A stretch of 64,000 nt of DNA from Lingula anatina (Eukaryota > Animalia > Brachiopoda): assembly GCA_051362555.1 (NCBI GenBank), contig CM120649.1:11780001-11844000 (forward strand). Direction: 5' to 3'. Under the pieces are notes generated by a model. That model worked only from the letters and a program-made list of their open reading frames with translations. It did no database searches and was not told the origin of the DNA. The translations under genes and the position numbers were made by a program. This document shows, piece after piece, positions 1 through 15,210 of this stretch (the stretch's first letter is position 1; the number at the start of each line of letters is the position of its first letter).

Positions 1-594
1 GGGTTGAACTATAAGACGATTTGGCTTGTTACAAAATATATAACTAATGGAAACATTGCCTGTAAAGGTAGACGTTAACGTCGGTATTACTTTGAACTTT
101 TATTTTCTGAACCAGCTCCCTTAAAGCATTGTGTAGGGCCTAACAAGCTGTCCACACGGGCATTTGTGCTGTCCCGGACATGCCTGCGTTTCCATTGTCG
201 CTGGCGTGCAAGTCGACATTTTCCCTGCTGTGTCCTCTACGCCTTTGTGAACAACATAATTTTTTCCATTGCCTGATTTCTATGAAGGATCAATTTACCG
301 TTCTCACCTTGTGCAATAGGGCGACTGGTTGAAAAATGCGTTGTGCGCATTGGGCGTAGGCCTACATATAGCAGAGAGAGAGAGAAAAAGAGTTGATCAT
401 CGCACGCAGAAAAATCAGCGGCGAACTGTATACAACATTTGCCTCCCTTGAATCTGATTCAAGGTTTATCTATTCTTGTGGCAAAAAGGGTATCTAACCT
501 AACCCCAGCTAGTTATTTTACTAATTTTAAACCTGTTCTCACGCAAGACAGTGTTGGGCCTATCTTGTTAAATGCTCCGCGAAAATGCCGTTTA

Positions 595-720
595 TTGTCC
601 AATCAGATTTATGAATGGTAATGTTACTAAGCAGTATAAAAGCTTTAAAATATAACCACAGCATTTTTAGATCAGAGACAAAATATACATCTATCACAGC
701 TTAATACCGCCCTTAAACAG
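595..720 (+). promoter_or_regulatory. Putative LC8 copy-1 core promoter and non-coding exon 1
   Basis: CCAATCAG (~599), GTTACTAAGCAG, TATAAAAG (~635), donor at 720. Homologous block at ~2735-2856, where TATAAAAG reads TAGAAAAG. Confidence 0.5.
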
Positions 721-1307
721 GTAAGTTTTTAACAAGGTGCCAGTTATATTAATTCAGTAGCACTGGCGGTTACAGGATTGAACTAAATAAGGGTAGGGGC
801 GCGAGGAATGTGCGGTGTGCACAATTAAGAACACATTGCTTTGCTGCCCTTAAGCAAATATGCTAGAATAGAAGAGAATGAATTTATTAATGTAGGTCAG
901 AGTGGTGAAAATATATCTTCTTGGTTCCTTTGTTTTCCGGGTTTTTGAGAGGTAGGAAGAGTAGGCCTACAATAGGAGCTATGGAGTAAGGGATACACCC
1001 CTATGGTACAGCATTGTGGGGAGAAGTTTAGGATTTGCTATTATTGTCATAGATAAGATAATCAAATCATTTTTTTTTTTTTTTTTTTTTTGTGGATTGC
1101 ATTTTATGACGCCGAAATTTACGTGTAGGCCTACATTTTTATATTCCTAAATAATAAGGCCTTTTCTTTATTTTGTCCCCTACTGTAGACTATTATTGCA
1201 ATAATTTTGTCAGTAATTCTAGTGCACTGGCAAGTGTGAATGATTCGTAAAATTATTTAGATAATTTTTTTACCTTTCAATTCAAATAATGAAATTTTAT
1301 GTGCTGA

Positions 1308-1595
<288 letters not shown>

Positions 1596-3445
1596 ACCAG
1601 AAGAATTTCCACAAGCATCTGTACTCTGACTTTTTTTTTACAAAAATAGTCGTAGAAAAATACTTTTTTTCTGAGACAATGAAAAGCAGATGACATTTAT
1701 ACAGGAGTTATTTTCCATGGTGACTATATGTGGTCTTAGTAAACTTTCAACTCAACAAATCATGTGAGAGAAATTTGCAGACATCTCATGTGATCCTTCT
1801 CTGTATGCATGTTTTTATTTATATATATTTTTAATAAAGCAAATTATTGATTACCTTGATTTTTGTGTCATATTTTACTTTTTTTTTATATTTTTGAATG
1901 TTTATATTCTTTCTGTTCTGTCACCGAATGCGCCGTTACCCTTCCAATATTGTAATTAAATGAACTATCCAAGACAAAATACCAAATTACGAAAAATAAA
2001 ATATCGAGACTGTTTAAAAGATTAACTTCATCTTGCATTTTAATCGAAACTTTTGGATTAAATTCTGTTTTTCTGCAGTTCATAAAAAAAATATATCAAT
2101 TTACTATTTTCACGTGTTGGGGTGAACTATACGGCGTTTTGGCTTGTTACAAAATTAAAGAGCTGCTAAATTTAATTGTGTAACTAATAAAATATCGTCT
2201 GTAAAGGTAGAGGCAAATGTTGGTATTAACCTTATCTTTTATTTTCTGAACCAGCTTCCTTAAAGCACGGTGTAACAAGCTGTCCACACGGGTGTCTTTG
2301 CTGCCCTGGCATGTCTGCGTTTCCACAGTCGCACTTGTACCCGCTGTGCCCTCTACTCCTTTGTGAACAACAGCAATATTATGCTTTTCCATTGTTTGAT
2401 TTTTATGTAGGATCCATTTTCCTTTTTCACTTTGTTCACTGGGTCGACTTGTTGATAATGTGTGGTGCGCACTAGGCGTAACTGAGAATGAGAGAGACAC
2501 AGAGAGATGAGTGCCGATCATTGCAAGCAAAAAGAAAATCAGCGATGAACTGTATCCAGCATTTGAATACGTCCCTTGAATCTGATTAATTTTTCTTTTA
2601 ACCTACTCTTGGCAAAAAGGTATTTTAAATTGTATATTCCGAGGTAGTTATTTTACTACTTTAAACTTGTTTTCACGGAAGACAAAGTGTTGGGCCTATC
2701 TTGCTAAATGCTCCGTGAAAATGCTATTTGTTATCCAATCAGATTTATGAATGGCTATGTTACCAAGCAGTAGAAAAGCTTAAAAATATAACCACAATAT
2801 TTTTAGATCACTGATGAAACATACACTTGTCGCTGTTTAATACCACTCTGCAATAGGTAAGTTTTTATCAAGGTGCCATCTATTATATTAATTTAGTAGG
2901 CCCCCTACCAATTGCGATTCCAGGATTTTATTTAGAAGGGGGAAGGGGCGCAGGGGGGGGGTACGGTGTGCACAATTAAGAACATTTTGCTTTGTTGCCT
3001 TCAAAAGATATGCAAGAGTAGACGTGAGTGAATTCATGTAAATCTCATTCAATTAAAACTTATGGGGATATGTCCCTTTGGGTACCTCAAAGTGCCGAAA
3101 AAGTTAAGGATTTGTTATTGTTGTTCTACCATTATAAAAACATTACTAGGACATTTTAGTGTACTTAAGGTACTTTATGAACCTGACATTTACATGTGCA
3201 TTTATTTCCATTCTAATATAAAAAAAACTACATATGTAAATAATGGAGATTTGAGGAGATCGTTTCTTCATTCTGGCCCCTACTATACTATAAGAATTAT
3301 CATTATTTGTGTTGCAAAAATTTTGTTAGTTATTATACTGCATTGGCAAGTGTGGATTATCCCAATTGTTAAATTATTTTTATAAATTTACTTCATTTCA
3401 TTCAATGTAATCAGTTTTAAATATTGATATTCATTTTTCAGAAAA

Positions 3446-3715
3446 ATGTCTGAGAGAAAGGCCGTAGTTAAAAATGCTGATATGTCTGAAGACATGCAGC
3501 AAGACGCAATTGACTGTGCCACACAGGCGCTAGAAAAATACAACATTGAAAAAGACATCGCCGCTTACATCAAGAAGGAATTTGACAAGAAATACAACCC
3601 TACCTGGCACGCGATTGTGGGGCGCAACTTCGGCAGCTACGTGACACACGAAACCAAGCATTTCATCTACTTCTACCTAGGCCAAGTTGCCATCTTACTC
3701 TTCAAGTCTGGCTGA
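3446..3715 (+). CDS. DYNLL: Dynein light chain LC8, copy 2
   Basis: 89-aa ORF with 4 aa differences from copy 1 (I8V, V22I, E23D, F41Y). Same 5'-UTR intron layout (donor tag|gtaagt near 2856). Confidence 0.98.
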   Translation: MSERKAVVKNADMSEDMQQDAIDCATQALEKYNIEKDIAAYIKKEFDKKYNPTWHAIVGRNFGSYVTHETKHFIYFYLGQVAILLFKSG

Positions 3716-3923
3716 ACCAGAAGAATTCCCACAAGCACCTGTACCCTGACTTTTTTTTTACAAAAATGGTCGAAGAAAATACTTTTTTGAGACAATGATA
3801 AGCAGATGATATTTGTACAGGAGTTATTTTCCATGGTGACTATATGTGGTCTTAATTAGTAAACTTTAACTCAACAAATCATGAGATAAATTTGCATACA
3901 CCTCGTGTGATCTTACTTTGCGT

Positions 3924-4027
<104 letters not shown>

Positions 4028-4454
4028 CAAAAGAAGAATTAAACTATTGTTAACGTATTTTTGGTGTTTTGATTTTCCTTTTTGATATTCATAAATTGTC
4101 AGATGTAATGTGTTCGTCACCGAGCGCGGCCATAACCATCTATTATAAATATAAAGTTATCAAACTGTTCTAAAATTACAGTCCTTTTCTAATATAAAAG
4201 TACAAAATACTCGACACGGTTTCATAAAACAGTTTCATATTAAATTTTGGATGAAAAACTTTAGAATGAAATTATTTTTTCTTTTGTTCAAGACAAAACC
4301 ATTTCAATCTATTAACAAGTATGTACTGGTATCAAACATTTGATATTTTTTCTTGTCATAAATTAGGTGAAATGTTCATTTTAATTGGACAAATAATATA
4401 TTAGGTTAAGGCGGACGTAAATGTCGGTATTAATTTAAACGTTTATTTTCTGTA

Positions 4455-4684
4455 GGGGCCACTCCCACAGATATTTGAATCGATCTATCTGCCTGGGGAG
4501 TCTCACTAAATTGCTATCAGCTCAAGAGGCTTAAATATCTGTCACGCCCATTAAAGCTGTTAGAGGGTAATTATCTTTACTCCCTAGCTGATTCGGTGAC
4601 TCTTGAGCAGATTGCAATTTAGCGTGAACCCCCAGGGAGTTACGTCGATCCAGATGGATGGATCTAAGTATGGGAACTCAGTCT
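4455..4684. mobile_element. MITE family A, copy 1
   Basis: Imperfect terminal inverted repeats, TA on both flanks, alignable end to end with 16897-17113. Interrupts the third LC8 upstream unit. Confidence 0.75.
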
Positions 4685-6724
4685 TAAGCTTTTTTTACAG
4701 CAAAGTGCAACAAGCTGTACACGGGGGTGTTACGGCTGCCAAAGCAATGTCTGCATCTGTAAAGCCGCTATCCAAAATGTGCGGGTCAACATTTCCCCCC
4801 CGGTTACCTACTTCTCTTTTGTGAGCAGCCCCAATATTATTCTTTTGCATTGTTTGATTTCTATGGAGGATCAATATTCTTTTATCGCCATGTACAACGG
4901 GTTGCTATTTTGAATAACGCTGTACGCACTCAGCGTAAAAGAATGCATGTAGAGAGGTTAGGTTAGGTGAGGGGAGGAAGAGAATAATGCTAATCAGCGT
5001 ATCAGCGTAAATGGAAAAAAATTATTTCAGTTTTAAATGTCTTTGATGGTGAGGGAATAAATCTGAGGCACGAAATTAAAGTCAAATACATAAGACGTAG
5101 ATTAATGCCTTTATTTCTAAAAGAAAGCTGAAGTTGTGGGTATTTTCAAAGCAGTAGTCATGTTGATTACAATGAGCAGGGAAATCAATTTTCATTTAGT
5201 GGAAGGAAATAATAAATTTCCACAAAAAAAAACAACAAAAAACAAAACTGTGTATCTTTTACTCAACGTATGGTTACAAAGCTGATAAATACAGTATTTG
5301 AAAATAAAAAAAAATACTTGCGAGTGATATACATGGTTTACTTGTATAGAAACAAGCAAAGAACTGTTAACATTCCACATATAAATGTCTGAAATTAAGA
5401 GAACAATTCTAATAAGTCTAGAACCTATAAACATTATAATTCTTACGTTACTGCAAGTCTTCATGTATATTCAAAGCCATGTTGTGAAGTTTTTATCACT
5501 GTACATCGGTAGTGGATGGCGCCACTATATTAGGCAGCCAAAGCTATTTTAACTCTCAATTAGTGTCCAGCTCGTGTCGATACGTTGCGTAAAATAATTC
5601 TTCGGATAATGTACATTCTTCGCAACTGACCTAAACAGCGTGTTCCATTAAAAAACTACCAGAATTTGAAGTGCAAGAACTCAATGCTTTTTGGTCCCCG
5701 TAGAATTTATTCCCTGTGCAAAGTCAACGAATATATAATGTTGTGGTTTTGTCAACTTCATTGATGTATTGCACTTTTCACGCAGTTTTTAATATTCTAT
5801 CTTAGCATATATTTTTATATCTTTAAATCTGCAAATTCGGCAAGTTCCATTTATGACACAAGACCGGAGCAAAAACCCACCATTTTATACATGTAGATTT
5901 TATTTGTGTAAAGTAAGAAACTGACAGTAATAACTTATATACGGTTGTGTTTCTTATTTTCAATAGTTCAACAGTGTCGTGGTCCTTTGTTTATCGAAAT
6001 ACAATCGGGTATGAAATAAATGAAAATAACAAATGCTGCCATCACTAGTCGCAAATTTTCTCTATTTATTTGTCCGTCTTAAAACTTAAAAATCTATGTG
6101 CAGGAGTTTCTAAATTTTCCATCTATTGTTCTGACCATCCAATCCCCTTTACATTAACTGTCCTTTCTCTTTCTCTTTCATTCCCATCTCTTTTTGTCTC
6201 TCTTTTCTCTCTCTCTCTCTCTGATCAGCGTTAAACTAACTGTCAAAATATGATTCTTCCCTCCTTTATGTACGCAACAGCAATTAAACCGCGCATGATC
6301 CACTGGCGACAGATATTTGGACAGAAATCAAATCTGCAGCGAAAACCAGGACAGAAATCAAATTTGCGTCTCAGATCGGAACAGCAGTTCTCCTCCCGGG
6401 TAACCCGTATTTAACACATTTTACAAACACGTTTTACACGCCGACAGCAATAACAATTATTCAGATTGATACCACAACACCAGCACGTTACAGGGGATTC
6501 GCTCTCGCTTCATATACATCTTTGATGTCTTTCGTTTAATAGACACTAAGCTAAACGTAGGCTAGGCAGTGCATTTTCTTTTCAACTCTTAGTTCCATTT
6601 ATGATCAGTAATTCATGAGGTAAATGCAAATCCACTGAGCATGGTGTAATTGTCCCCAAATACCGTTTAGGATTAAAAACATTCTAAACCATTTCGTAAA
6701 TTCAGCCATTTCCTTCATCAAACA

Positions 6725-8621
6725 TCATTTTCTTTTTTGGACGAGTATTTTCTGAGGTTTCGGGGTGCAGGTCAGTTCGATTTTCGCAGGCTCAAAATCT
6801 GGTTCTTGTCCCGGTGGAAAACTCACTTTAAACTGACGGAAAAATAATGCCTGTGTAAGAAAAATAAACTCACAATGTGTTATGCATGTATTACCAAATG
6901 GCGGCCAATGATATTATAACATACTTGAAAACAAATATATCATATCTTTAGTAAAAAAAGTGTACCATAGGAAATTTCAGTATCCAAAACTAACGAAAAA
7001 ATATTAATACGGCCTAAAAAAAAAACGTTGTCGAGTTTCTCGCTTCCGATTTTTGTCATTTTTACTGCCACATGCTATAATGGAATACATTAGCAATTTT
7101 TTCCTTTAAGAGACTGACTTAAAAACTAAAAAGACTAAGGATTCAGAGGGGCTGAGAAACCATCTGAAGTGAAAATGAATACTTTTAAATGTATTAAAAT
7201 ATCATGTCCAAATAAGCATGATTTTCTCAAATATACCATGATATACCATGAAATCGCGTTGACGTCTACTCACCGATATCATCATGAGATTTACCCTCGC
7301 AATTCCTTCTCCGATGCATTTTCTCTTGCCGCTGCTGAACGGAAGCCATATTTTATTGTCAACCTCTTTCAAGCTTCCGTCATTGTCCAAAAATCTCTCT
7401 GGCTTGAAAACTTCCGGCGACTCCCAGTTGTTCGGGTCATGGTGGATTGCCCAAATGTTTACTGATACGAGAGTGCCTTTTGGAATGTCGTAGCCACCTA
7501 AATGTACAATAGTTGGTGAACGTCAAATCGACAAACTAAGCAGGTTAATATGCTAGTCTGTGAAAGCTCCATTTTTCCAATATAGCATCGGACTAAGATC
7601 TTTGGTCACTTTAGAAATACTTCAACCACTGAATCAATGTTTTTCTATTAACTTGAGTAGCAATGCTTCCGACTGGTAATGTATTTAATTTTAATTATAA
7701 TAATAAAAACAAATGTGGGGATTTTAGTTCCACAGTTAAAAAATCGGAATTGAACTCGATAAAAAGCAGACTTCGTCATTTTAATGTCTATAAATGCAAA
7801 CCTATGAAGATGATGCCTACCCAATTTGGTGTCACGAAGTGTTTGGTGAGGGAGGCCTGCTGGGGCAGGAGGGCGCATGCGCAAAACCTCTCGCTGAACA
7901 GCCTCACAGTAAGGCAACTTGGATTTGCAGAGGCGAAGATTATCGAAATCTTTTCCTAGGTAGAAAAATTGAATATAAACGGCCAAAACCACGCTTAAAA
8001 CTGTAATTCTCTCACGAGCGTTTGTGATAAGTCTTTTAATTAATAAAACGGTGACATTTAACAAAAGTTGTTTTTTATTGTTGTATGCGTGATCATTGAA
8101 ATGTATTCTTCGTAGAAGATCAGAACGAGAGATGATATACCAATATACCTAAATCATCTAATTCTTTGTGGAGCTTTTCCTGGACCTTTGGATGAGCGGC
8201 AACGTACAGAATCATCCATTTCAGGGTGTCGGATGTAGTGGATGTTCCAGCTGCAAAGAATAACATAGGTTTATTTGCTAAGGACTTGATTATAATTAGT
8301 CTTGTATTTTGGAATGCAACTCTGCGTCATATTCAACTTTCCCTACGCGTTAACCATCATACACATAGTAAAGATAAACAGACATTTGTAATAGTTATTT
8401 ATATTGGAGACATATTTAGAAACTTAGTTGCAAGAAATACGTGGTTAAGTCTCCATATATTTAGACTTGCACCCAGTCCTTTTCAGAGCCGAAAACGGGT
8501 AGTGTGGCCCGACGTACCAGTGATTTCAGGATCATTCGGTGTCGAGTCTGGTAGTTGGGTAGGCCTGATAGCCGAAATATATATTCTAGTCGCCCTATGT
8601 AAATTCTATTGAACTAAATAA

Positions 8622-8654
<33 letters not shown>

Positions 8655-11019
8655 GAAATACACTGCTTCGTATCACCACCTTTTCACAGTTACATTTTCT
8701 CTTACCAAAGAATATGTCCAGCATGATGTAAAGTATGCGAGTGTCAGAAAGCGACTCCTTGACGTTGTCATCACTCTCATTTGTTAGTTCCTTTTTCAGC
8801 AGCAAAAGGTGGTCCATAACGTCCCTTACATCATCTTTAAAATTAAACGCCGACATAATGATAGTTATAAAACAACTTCCAGTTAATATGCATAAGGGGA
8901 AACTACATGTGTAATGGAACGAGATTTGAAACAATAAATATAAGTAGTATATGCAGTTTTAACCATTTAAACACAGAACACTTAAAGAAGCATGTTCGAT
9001 ACGTTACACGTGGCATGTGAAATTCATTTGGATTGTGTAGGAAACTGGGGCTTATAATTTCTATACATTACAGTGCTTTACCACTAGCTTTATTTATATA
9101 ATCTCTGAGATCCTCTGAGGAAATTGCTGACTCAACATTGGACTGGTCTAGGACAAACAACATGCGATTAAACAGGAAAAAAACCAAACAAATGGCCATA
9201 TCATTTAAACGCAAGAATGCTGATATCCCTAAGCTCATTATTGACAAAACAGATATTGAATTTGTAGAATCATTTAAATTACTTGGAGTGTATATCTCTA
9301 ATGACCTCACATGGAAGGTACATGTAGACAAAATCACTAAAAAAGCAAGCAAAAGGATTTATTTCCTTCAGCACCTTAAGCGTGCAGGCCTTACAACTGA
9401 TGACCTAGTAACTTATTACCAGACGGTCATAAGGCCAGTTTTGGAATATGCTGCCCCTGTCTGGCACTTTAGGTTAACAAATGAATTGACTGCCTTAGTA
9501 GAAAAGTCTCAAGAAAGAGCTCTTAAGATAATTTATCCTGAACTTGAATATGACGCTGCTTGTGAACATAGTAAACTTGAACTGCTGAGTGAAAGACGTA
9601 TCAATGCATGCAAAAATGGTTTATTAGTATATCAAATGAACCAGATCATAGACTGTATTATCTTTTGCAACCAAAACAAAATGCCAAATATTCATTGAGG
9701 GAACAGGAAACTTTTAAAAGACCTTAAATTAAAACCAAACGATCAATGAGTGACTTTTTAACAAGTGTCATATACAAGTTTCAGAATTAACTGATAGACT
9801 TTTATTTCTTTCTTTTTAACCTTGCATTTTAGATATTTTGTTTTAAATTTGCTTACATATGTCTTTTAATATTCCTTTGTTCTTACTTACTAATGGTTTT
9901 ATCCGACTGTGATGCAATGATTGTAATTATCCAACCCTCGGGTTGCAAGTTTGGTAATAATAATTAAAATCTGCTGGATATATGTAATGTATAAAAATAA
10001 TAATCATATTTTAACTTTGCTTACAAGGTTGCAAATTTTAGAAGTTACGTACCCGAGTTAAAAGTTTTTTTGTGTTCTGCCAGTTGGACTTCATGGAAGC
10101 GTATCAGATTCTTCTTGAGTCGCTTTGCCAAAAGGGATGATGGGATAGGTAGATGCTTTAAGCTCGGTATGACGTCAGAGGGAATGAGGCCTCCAAACAC
10201 CTCGTGCATGGTTTCGTCCACTATGAACTTCAGCCAAATGAATTCCGGTTGGTCCATTTTATAGCTGACAAATATAAATGAATCACTTTTAAGCTTCGAA
10301 AAATGCCGAGACAATATACAGATTCTGTTTTTTGAAAGCAAACAATCAATAGGATTGGGCATGTATTGAATTCTATTCTTTATGCTACTTATTTTATTTT
10401 TATGCTACTTATTCTATTTTTTATGGTAGTACCATCTTCTCACCCGGCAAAGGTTAGCACAAATATTTTAGAATACGGTGTCTTATCACGCGTTAAAGTT
10501 ACAACGAGAGATACAGAATGAACATCAAGTCTTCTTTCCGTCGATGAAAACGTTTCTACGGCGTTTCTTTCCTTTTCAAGGCTATCAACAGACCAGCGGC
10601 TCCACATAGAAAGCTAGCAAAAGTGGAACATGGACGGAACAATTTATCGTCTGCGACAGCAAGTTGTCATATTCTGTGCCGAATTTTAAAAGGTGATATA
10701 ATAATGTGATACAATAATGCTAAATCGATAAGCGTTACATTGGTAGAAGCAATTCCAAACACAGTTTGTTAAAACAAATTTTATCAGACACATGCACCCC
10801 CCCACCAGACTATGTGACATATGTTCTGGGAAGCTTAACATATCCTACCATTGTCCGAAAGCCATCCTGCAGACAATGTTGAAGACAAGTAACCGAATGT
10901 GGGCATCAATATCAAAAGGCTTGGTCTCCTTTTCAATCAAAGCAGCCATGTCATCAAAGGCAGACTTTGTGAATGTTTCCAGTTTATCGCTCGATACGTA
11001 GGTCCTTTAGGATAAGACA

Positions 11020-11083
<64 letters not shown>

Positions 11084-13048
11084 CCATGAATAACAGATGC
11101 AACATAGATAAGAAGGTTCAAGCATGAATTTCAAGCAGACCAAAACTAAATATACATACAGAATGTTGTGAAGCATACATCTTAGAAAATACCTCTTTCA
11201 CTTTAAATGATTCAAATTTATAAACAATTTAAATACCTGAACGCCTTTAAAGCCATCTGTCTTTGTAGTCTCCAAACGGGCCCATAATCAGTTAAAACAA
11301 TGTCTTTGTAGCCTCCGCTGAATAGTTCATCTTAAAGGGGAAAAATGGTTTTTATTTAAAAAAACTTTAAAATTGGTTTTTCGACGAAATTCTGTGGCCA
11401 AGATAATATTGTTATGAAGATTGCCATTGTTGTCGACTACAGTTTTGCGCCAGCTGCCTTTGATCTTAAATTTTCAGTAGATACATGAATAAGCTTCTTA
11501 TTACGACGTTCTATTACGCAATTACATTTTCAGTTTTCTAGGGTTTTATAAGGGCATCCAAATAAAAAAATATAAATCAATAATAATAATAATAATAATG
11601 GAATAAAACTTGAGAATGAAAAAAAAAATGTAAGTAAACCGTACGGTGCATTTTACATTGCACACTCGAAACGACAACATCTGCTTGGTATCAGGGTTTT
11701 TGCCTGCAGGAAACTTATTTTAAATTTCATAACTTATTTTCATGGGCAGTCTTACTCATTCCAAGGGTTATTTTCTTTTTATTCTTTTCATTTTTCTTTT
11801 TTTATTTTGTACTTGCCAGACAACAAATGATTGATTTCCAGATTATAAAACATTGCACGAGGTATTTATCAAAGGTCAATTCTCTTTTTATGTGATACTT
11901 TAATAATAAAACATCATTTGATCACCATAATCAGATTCCCTTACTTTCTTACTTTACATATATAACTGTCACTTACACTTCCAACTCATGGCACCCCTTC
12001 CGGCAAATATCTCTTTCTTCTCAACCATTGCCTCATGTACAATATTGGCGGATTTCAGAACCACCATCTTGTTACCAAAACCTGTAAACAAAGACCACAC
12101 ACAATTGGCTTTTTTATCTGTGAGGGCGGACAGTGTCAAAACAGGTGTCCAGATAAACACTAGAACTCAAATTTACTAAAACTGAAACACCGTTGCAATG
12201 CGCATGTCTTATCTAATTAGAAACATAGTTTGGTGTCTAAATAAACTGTAAAACATTCCAAAACAATGTTTTGCTTTAATGCACAGACCGATACAAGATC
12301 ATAAGAGATATATACGGATAGTGAACGATTACCTAAGTTCACAGTGAAAATATCACCAAAGGCCTTTCCGAGCTTATCGAATACAGCATAAAATCGACCG
12401 TCGTTTTTGAATTCTGAAACAAAAGGCACCGTTTACCAAAAGCAGAAAGTTTAATAATGAAAAGATATTGAAATGACTGATTCAATTCTCTTTAAGTACG
12501 TCAGAACAATACTATGTACAGTTTTTCAAGTAGAAATATAATGGAATAGTAATGAATAAACCAAACAAAAACAATAAATAAACATTGAATACACGAATTA
12601 TAAATACAAACACTTTTCGTGGAGTAAATAAAAAAAAAACAGTTAAGAGATAGAAAATGCATCAACCCGGGCTTCAAGAGATATAACCGAATCAATTCCC
12701 CAGTACCGGCAAATATGTTGGAGGTCCTGACGGCAGTATACTTCTCCTTCTGAAGGAAATATGACATCATCAAAGAAAGCACCATGTATCGGCGACCAAG
12801 AAAGTCTTCAAAGTAAGCCAACTGGTTACATGTGAAATATTCATCATACTTTTAATTAAAAATTAAATGCTTATTGCCATGCATTTTATGTTCTCACCCA
12901 AGTAGTTCCCCAGTATAGGCAGCTGTGGAGGCCCTGGCGGCAGTTTGTATTTCTTCCTCTGTAGTAATGACATCACCAACAGGAATACTGCACCCCCGAC
13001 CAAGACGGTCTTCACGTTTAGTAGACCCAGCAGACCCAAGAGGTGCAT
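6725..13048 (-). CDS. Cytochrome P450, clan 2 (CYP17/CYP1/CYP2-like), 11 coding exons
   Basis: Exons approx. 13048-12898 (membrane anchor, PPGPPQLPILGN), 12413-12333, 12081-11977, 11330-11237 (WRLQR, C-helix), 11004-10849, 10265-10053, 8834-8706, 8250-8149 (AGTSTT, I-helix), 7955-7821 (EVLR), 7497-7273 (PERF, FSSGKRKCIG heme motif), 6850-6725 (stop). GT-AG junctions keep the frame where checked. Confidence 0.93.
9030..9965 (+). mobile_element. 5'-truncated non-LTR retrotransposon (CR1/L2-group LINE), RT C-terminal region, antisense within a P450 intron
   Basis: ORF 9138-9698 has W...N.M.LN.KKTK.M, KLLGVYIS.DLTW..HV, Y...IRPVLEYA.PVW and Q.RAL.II motifs typical of L2/CR1 ORF2 ends. Frameshift near 9620; AT-rich 3' UTR and short taa tail. 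Confidence 0.9.
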
Positions 13049-14935
13049 TGTTCCTGAGATATAATTGGAACAATGCTGGCAAGATAACATATACCTTGTA
13101 CAAGGCATTACATCATGTCTGTATCAATTAAAATGTCGTTTTAACTCTCTCTCTCTTCTCTCTCTCTCGTATCTTACCTGTATGTACACTTAATTCCTGT
13201 GATATATGAACGTTCCCTAACATACAAATGCATCTTCAATTCAGTGTTACAGCTGCCTTTAAAAAAAGGAAGTGACTGCCCTTTCCTACAATACATACCT
13301 TGGTATGTTTTGTGAACGCTTTTTGCGATTTTTTAGGTTTCTTTCGATGAAATGCCACTACTCTCTCCCTCTAATGATATATGCCTTGAACACTTCGTTC
13401 AAGGTTTCCTGGTTTACCCTGTATATGTCTCGGGTGTCAGTTTATAACTGATTTCAAGCTCTATATATCAGTTATAATGTGTACAAATAAATAAATGTCC
13501 AAGTGCATATATGGTAATGTTAACTCTCTAATACATGGACAGACCTTGAAAATCGCATCACCTTTCCCGATCAGAGTTCCCTCACTCACACTGCTTGTTT
13601 TTCGTAGACCTTTCAGTCGCTGTGCACCCCACTGGGCCAGTATTATTTACCGTTAATCTTTTGTCAAATATCGCTGTTATTCAATCATACAATGCGTTTA
13701 ATTCAGGCGGTAAATGTGGCATGCAATAACAGGTCAAACCCTTGACCTTGGCACAGTTTGCATACAGTGATAATATGGAAAGGCATATATATGATATAAA
13801 CCCCTCTGATATTACATATAATGGTAGTACAAGCACCGACTCAGATGATATTTACTATGCACTACCCGGTATACCTGTGCGCATCGATACTTTTGTTACA
13901 ATGTGGTTGATAGTAAAAATGCGAATAAAGGCTTATATTGATTATTGTACCGGTATTTTCAACGTCGCGACCGTAATGGGTACAAAAAAAAGTCAATATG
14001 CCTTACTAATCATCCCTGTCCTACTTAACACCGGCGTAGGAGATCGAATTATTCCCTGTCCATATTAAACGCGGGCAAAGTTTCTGAAGCTTGAACCGGT
14101 AACTGAGCCGCGACATAGCATTCCCCGGGATATAAACTGTCACAGGGCCAATCAATACTCGGGAGTGATCGTGAAAAAGCTTAGTCCTGTTTATACCCCT
14201 TCAGGGTCGTAGTATATAGCCATATGACGCTGCACAATAGATACTTGTTTAATTAATAGAATTTCAAAGAAGTTTATGAAATTTAACTGTAGGCCTACTA
14301 TAACAGGTTTAAGTATCTGATAACCATTAGTAGGGTGGGTTTAATTTTTCAGCGCGAGACTTAAATAAAATCATAAAAATAATTATTGTTGTGTCATGAA
14401 TTAGCCAGAAAAGTACCTGTATCTGTGAATATCCAGCGACAAATCAATATGTGGGCCTGGTAGTCCAGGTATAATCAATCTCAGAATATGGTTGGGATTG
14501 GCCGAGTAGCGAACAGTGACTTCATTTCAGCAGTAAATTAGCCCAAGTTTGTAGCATCTTTTGTGATACAAGGGTGATGACCGAGTCGAGGATTTTAACC
14601 CCTCTTAACTAAACAGGGGATTAACGGTATAAAAGGCAGCCATTAGGTCAAAAATGCAGGTAAGGTCGGAGAGTAGCCTATAGTTTACTGAGCGGTGTAG
14701 AATAAGCGATTTTTTGTTCGTTTTAATTTCCTCTTCTCTTAATCTTTAAATTACATTATATTTTTTTTCATAGAAGAGGATAAACATAACCGATCGTCAT
14801 ACAATATTTTCTATGCGTCAAAATAGAGAGAGAGAAAAAAGTTCATTGCGCACCTGATCGTCTGTCTACTGACACTATAATTCATCTGATTTTATATGCT
14901 AATTTTTGTCATTTTTCAGACCCTTGAATCCACAT

Positions 14936-15210
14936 AAGCCTAGATTACATTTGAAATGCGATGTCCGCACGGTGCACATATACTGCTCGTAATACCCTTT
15001 CCATACGGCGTCTGAGCGGAGGTAGACGGTGGCCGTGCGAAATTGCACGGAATCGTACGGATTTAAGGTCATGCGATGAAGACACACTCGGCGTAGCCCG
15101 TAGCTCCTTACGATTTAAAAAATAACAATAATAATAATTAAAGAAAATAAAAAATAAAAACAGTCGGACAATTTCATCGCACGGCACCCGTGTAAATGTA
15201 ATCTAGGCTT
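14936..15210. mobile_element. MITE with perfect 17-bp TIRs (possibly PIF/Harbinger-type)
   Basis: aagcctagattacattt (14936-14952) and aaatgtaatctaggctt (15194-15210); GC-rich interior with repeated cgtacg/gcacgg motifs. Confidence 0.7.

Noticed and set aside
9138-9698. Reverse transcriptase as a retron or diversity-generating system
   Set aside because: Only the C-terminal part of a frameshifted LINE ORF2; no catalytic core, template repeat or associated RNA.
10530-10582. Minus-strand cttgaaaagg...gaaacgtt as a hammerhead
   Set aside because: The core deviates and stems I and II cannot be formed convincingly.
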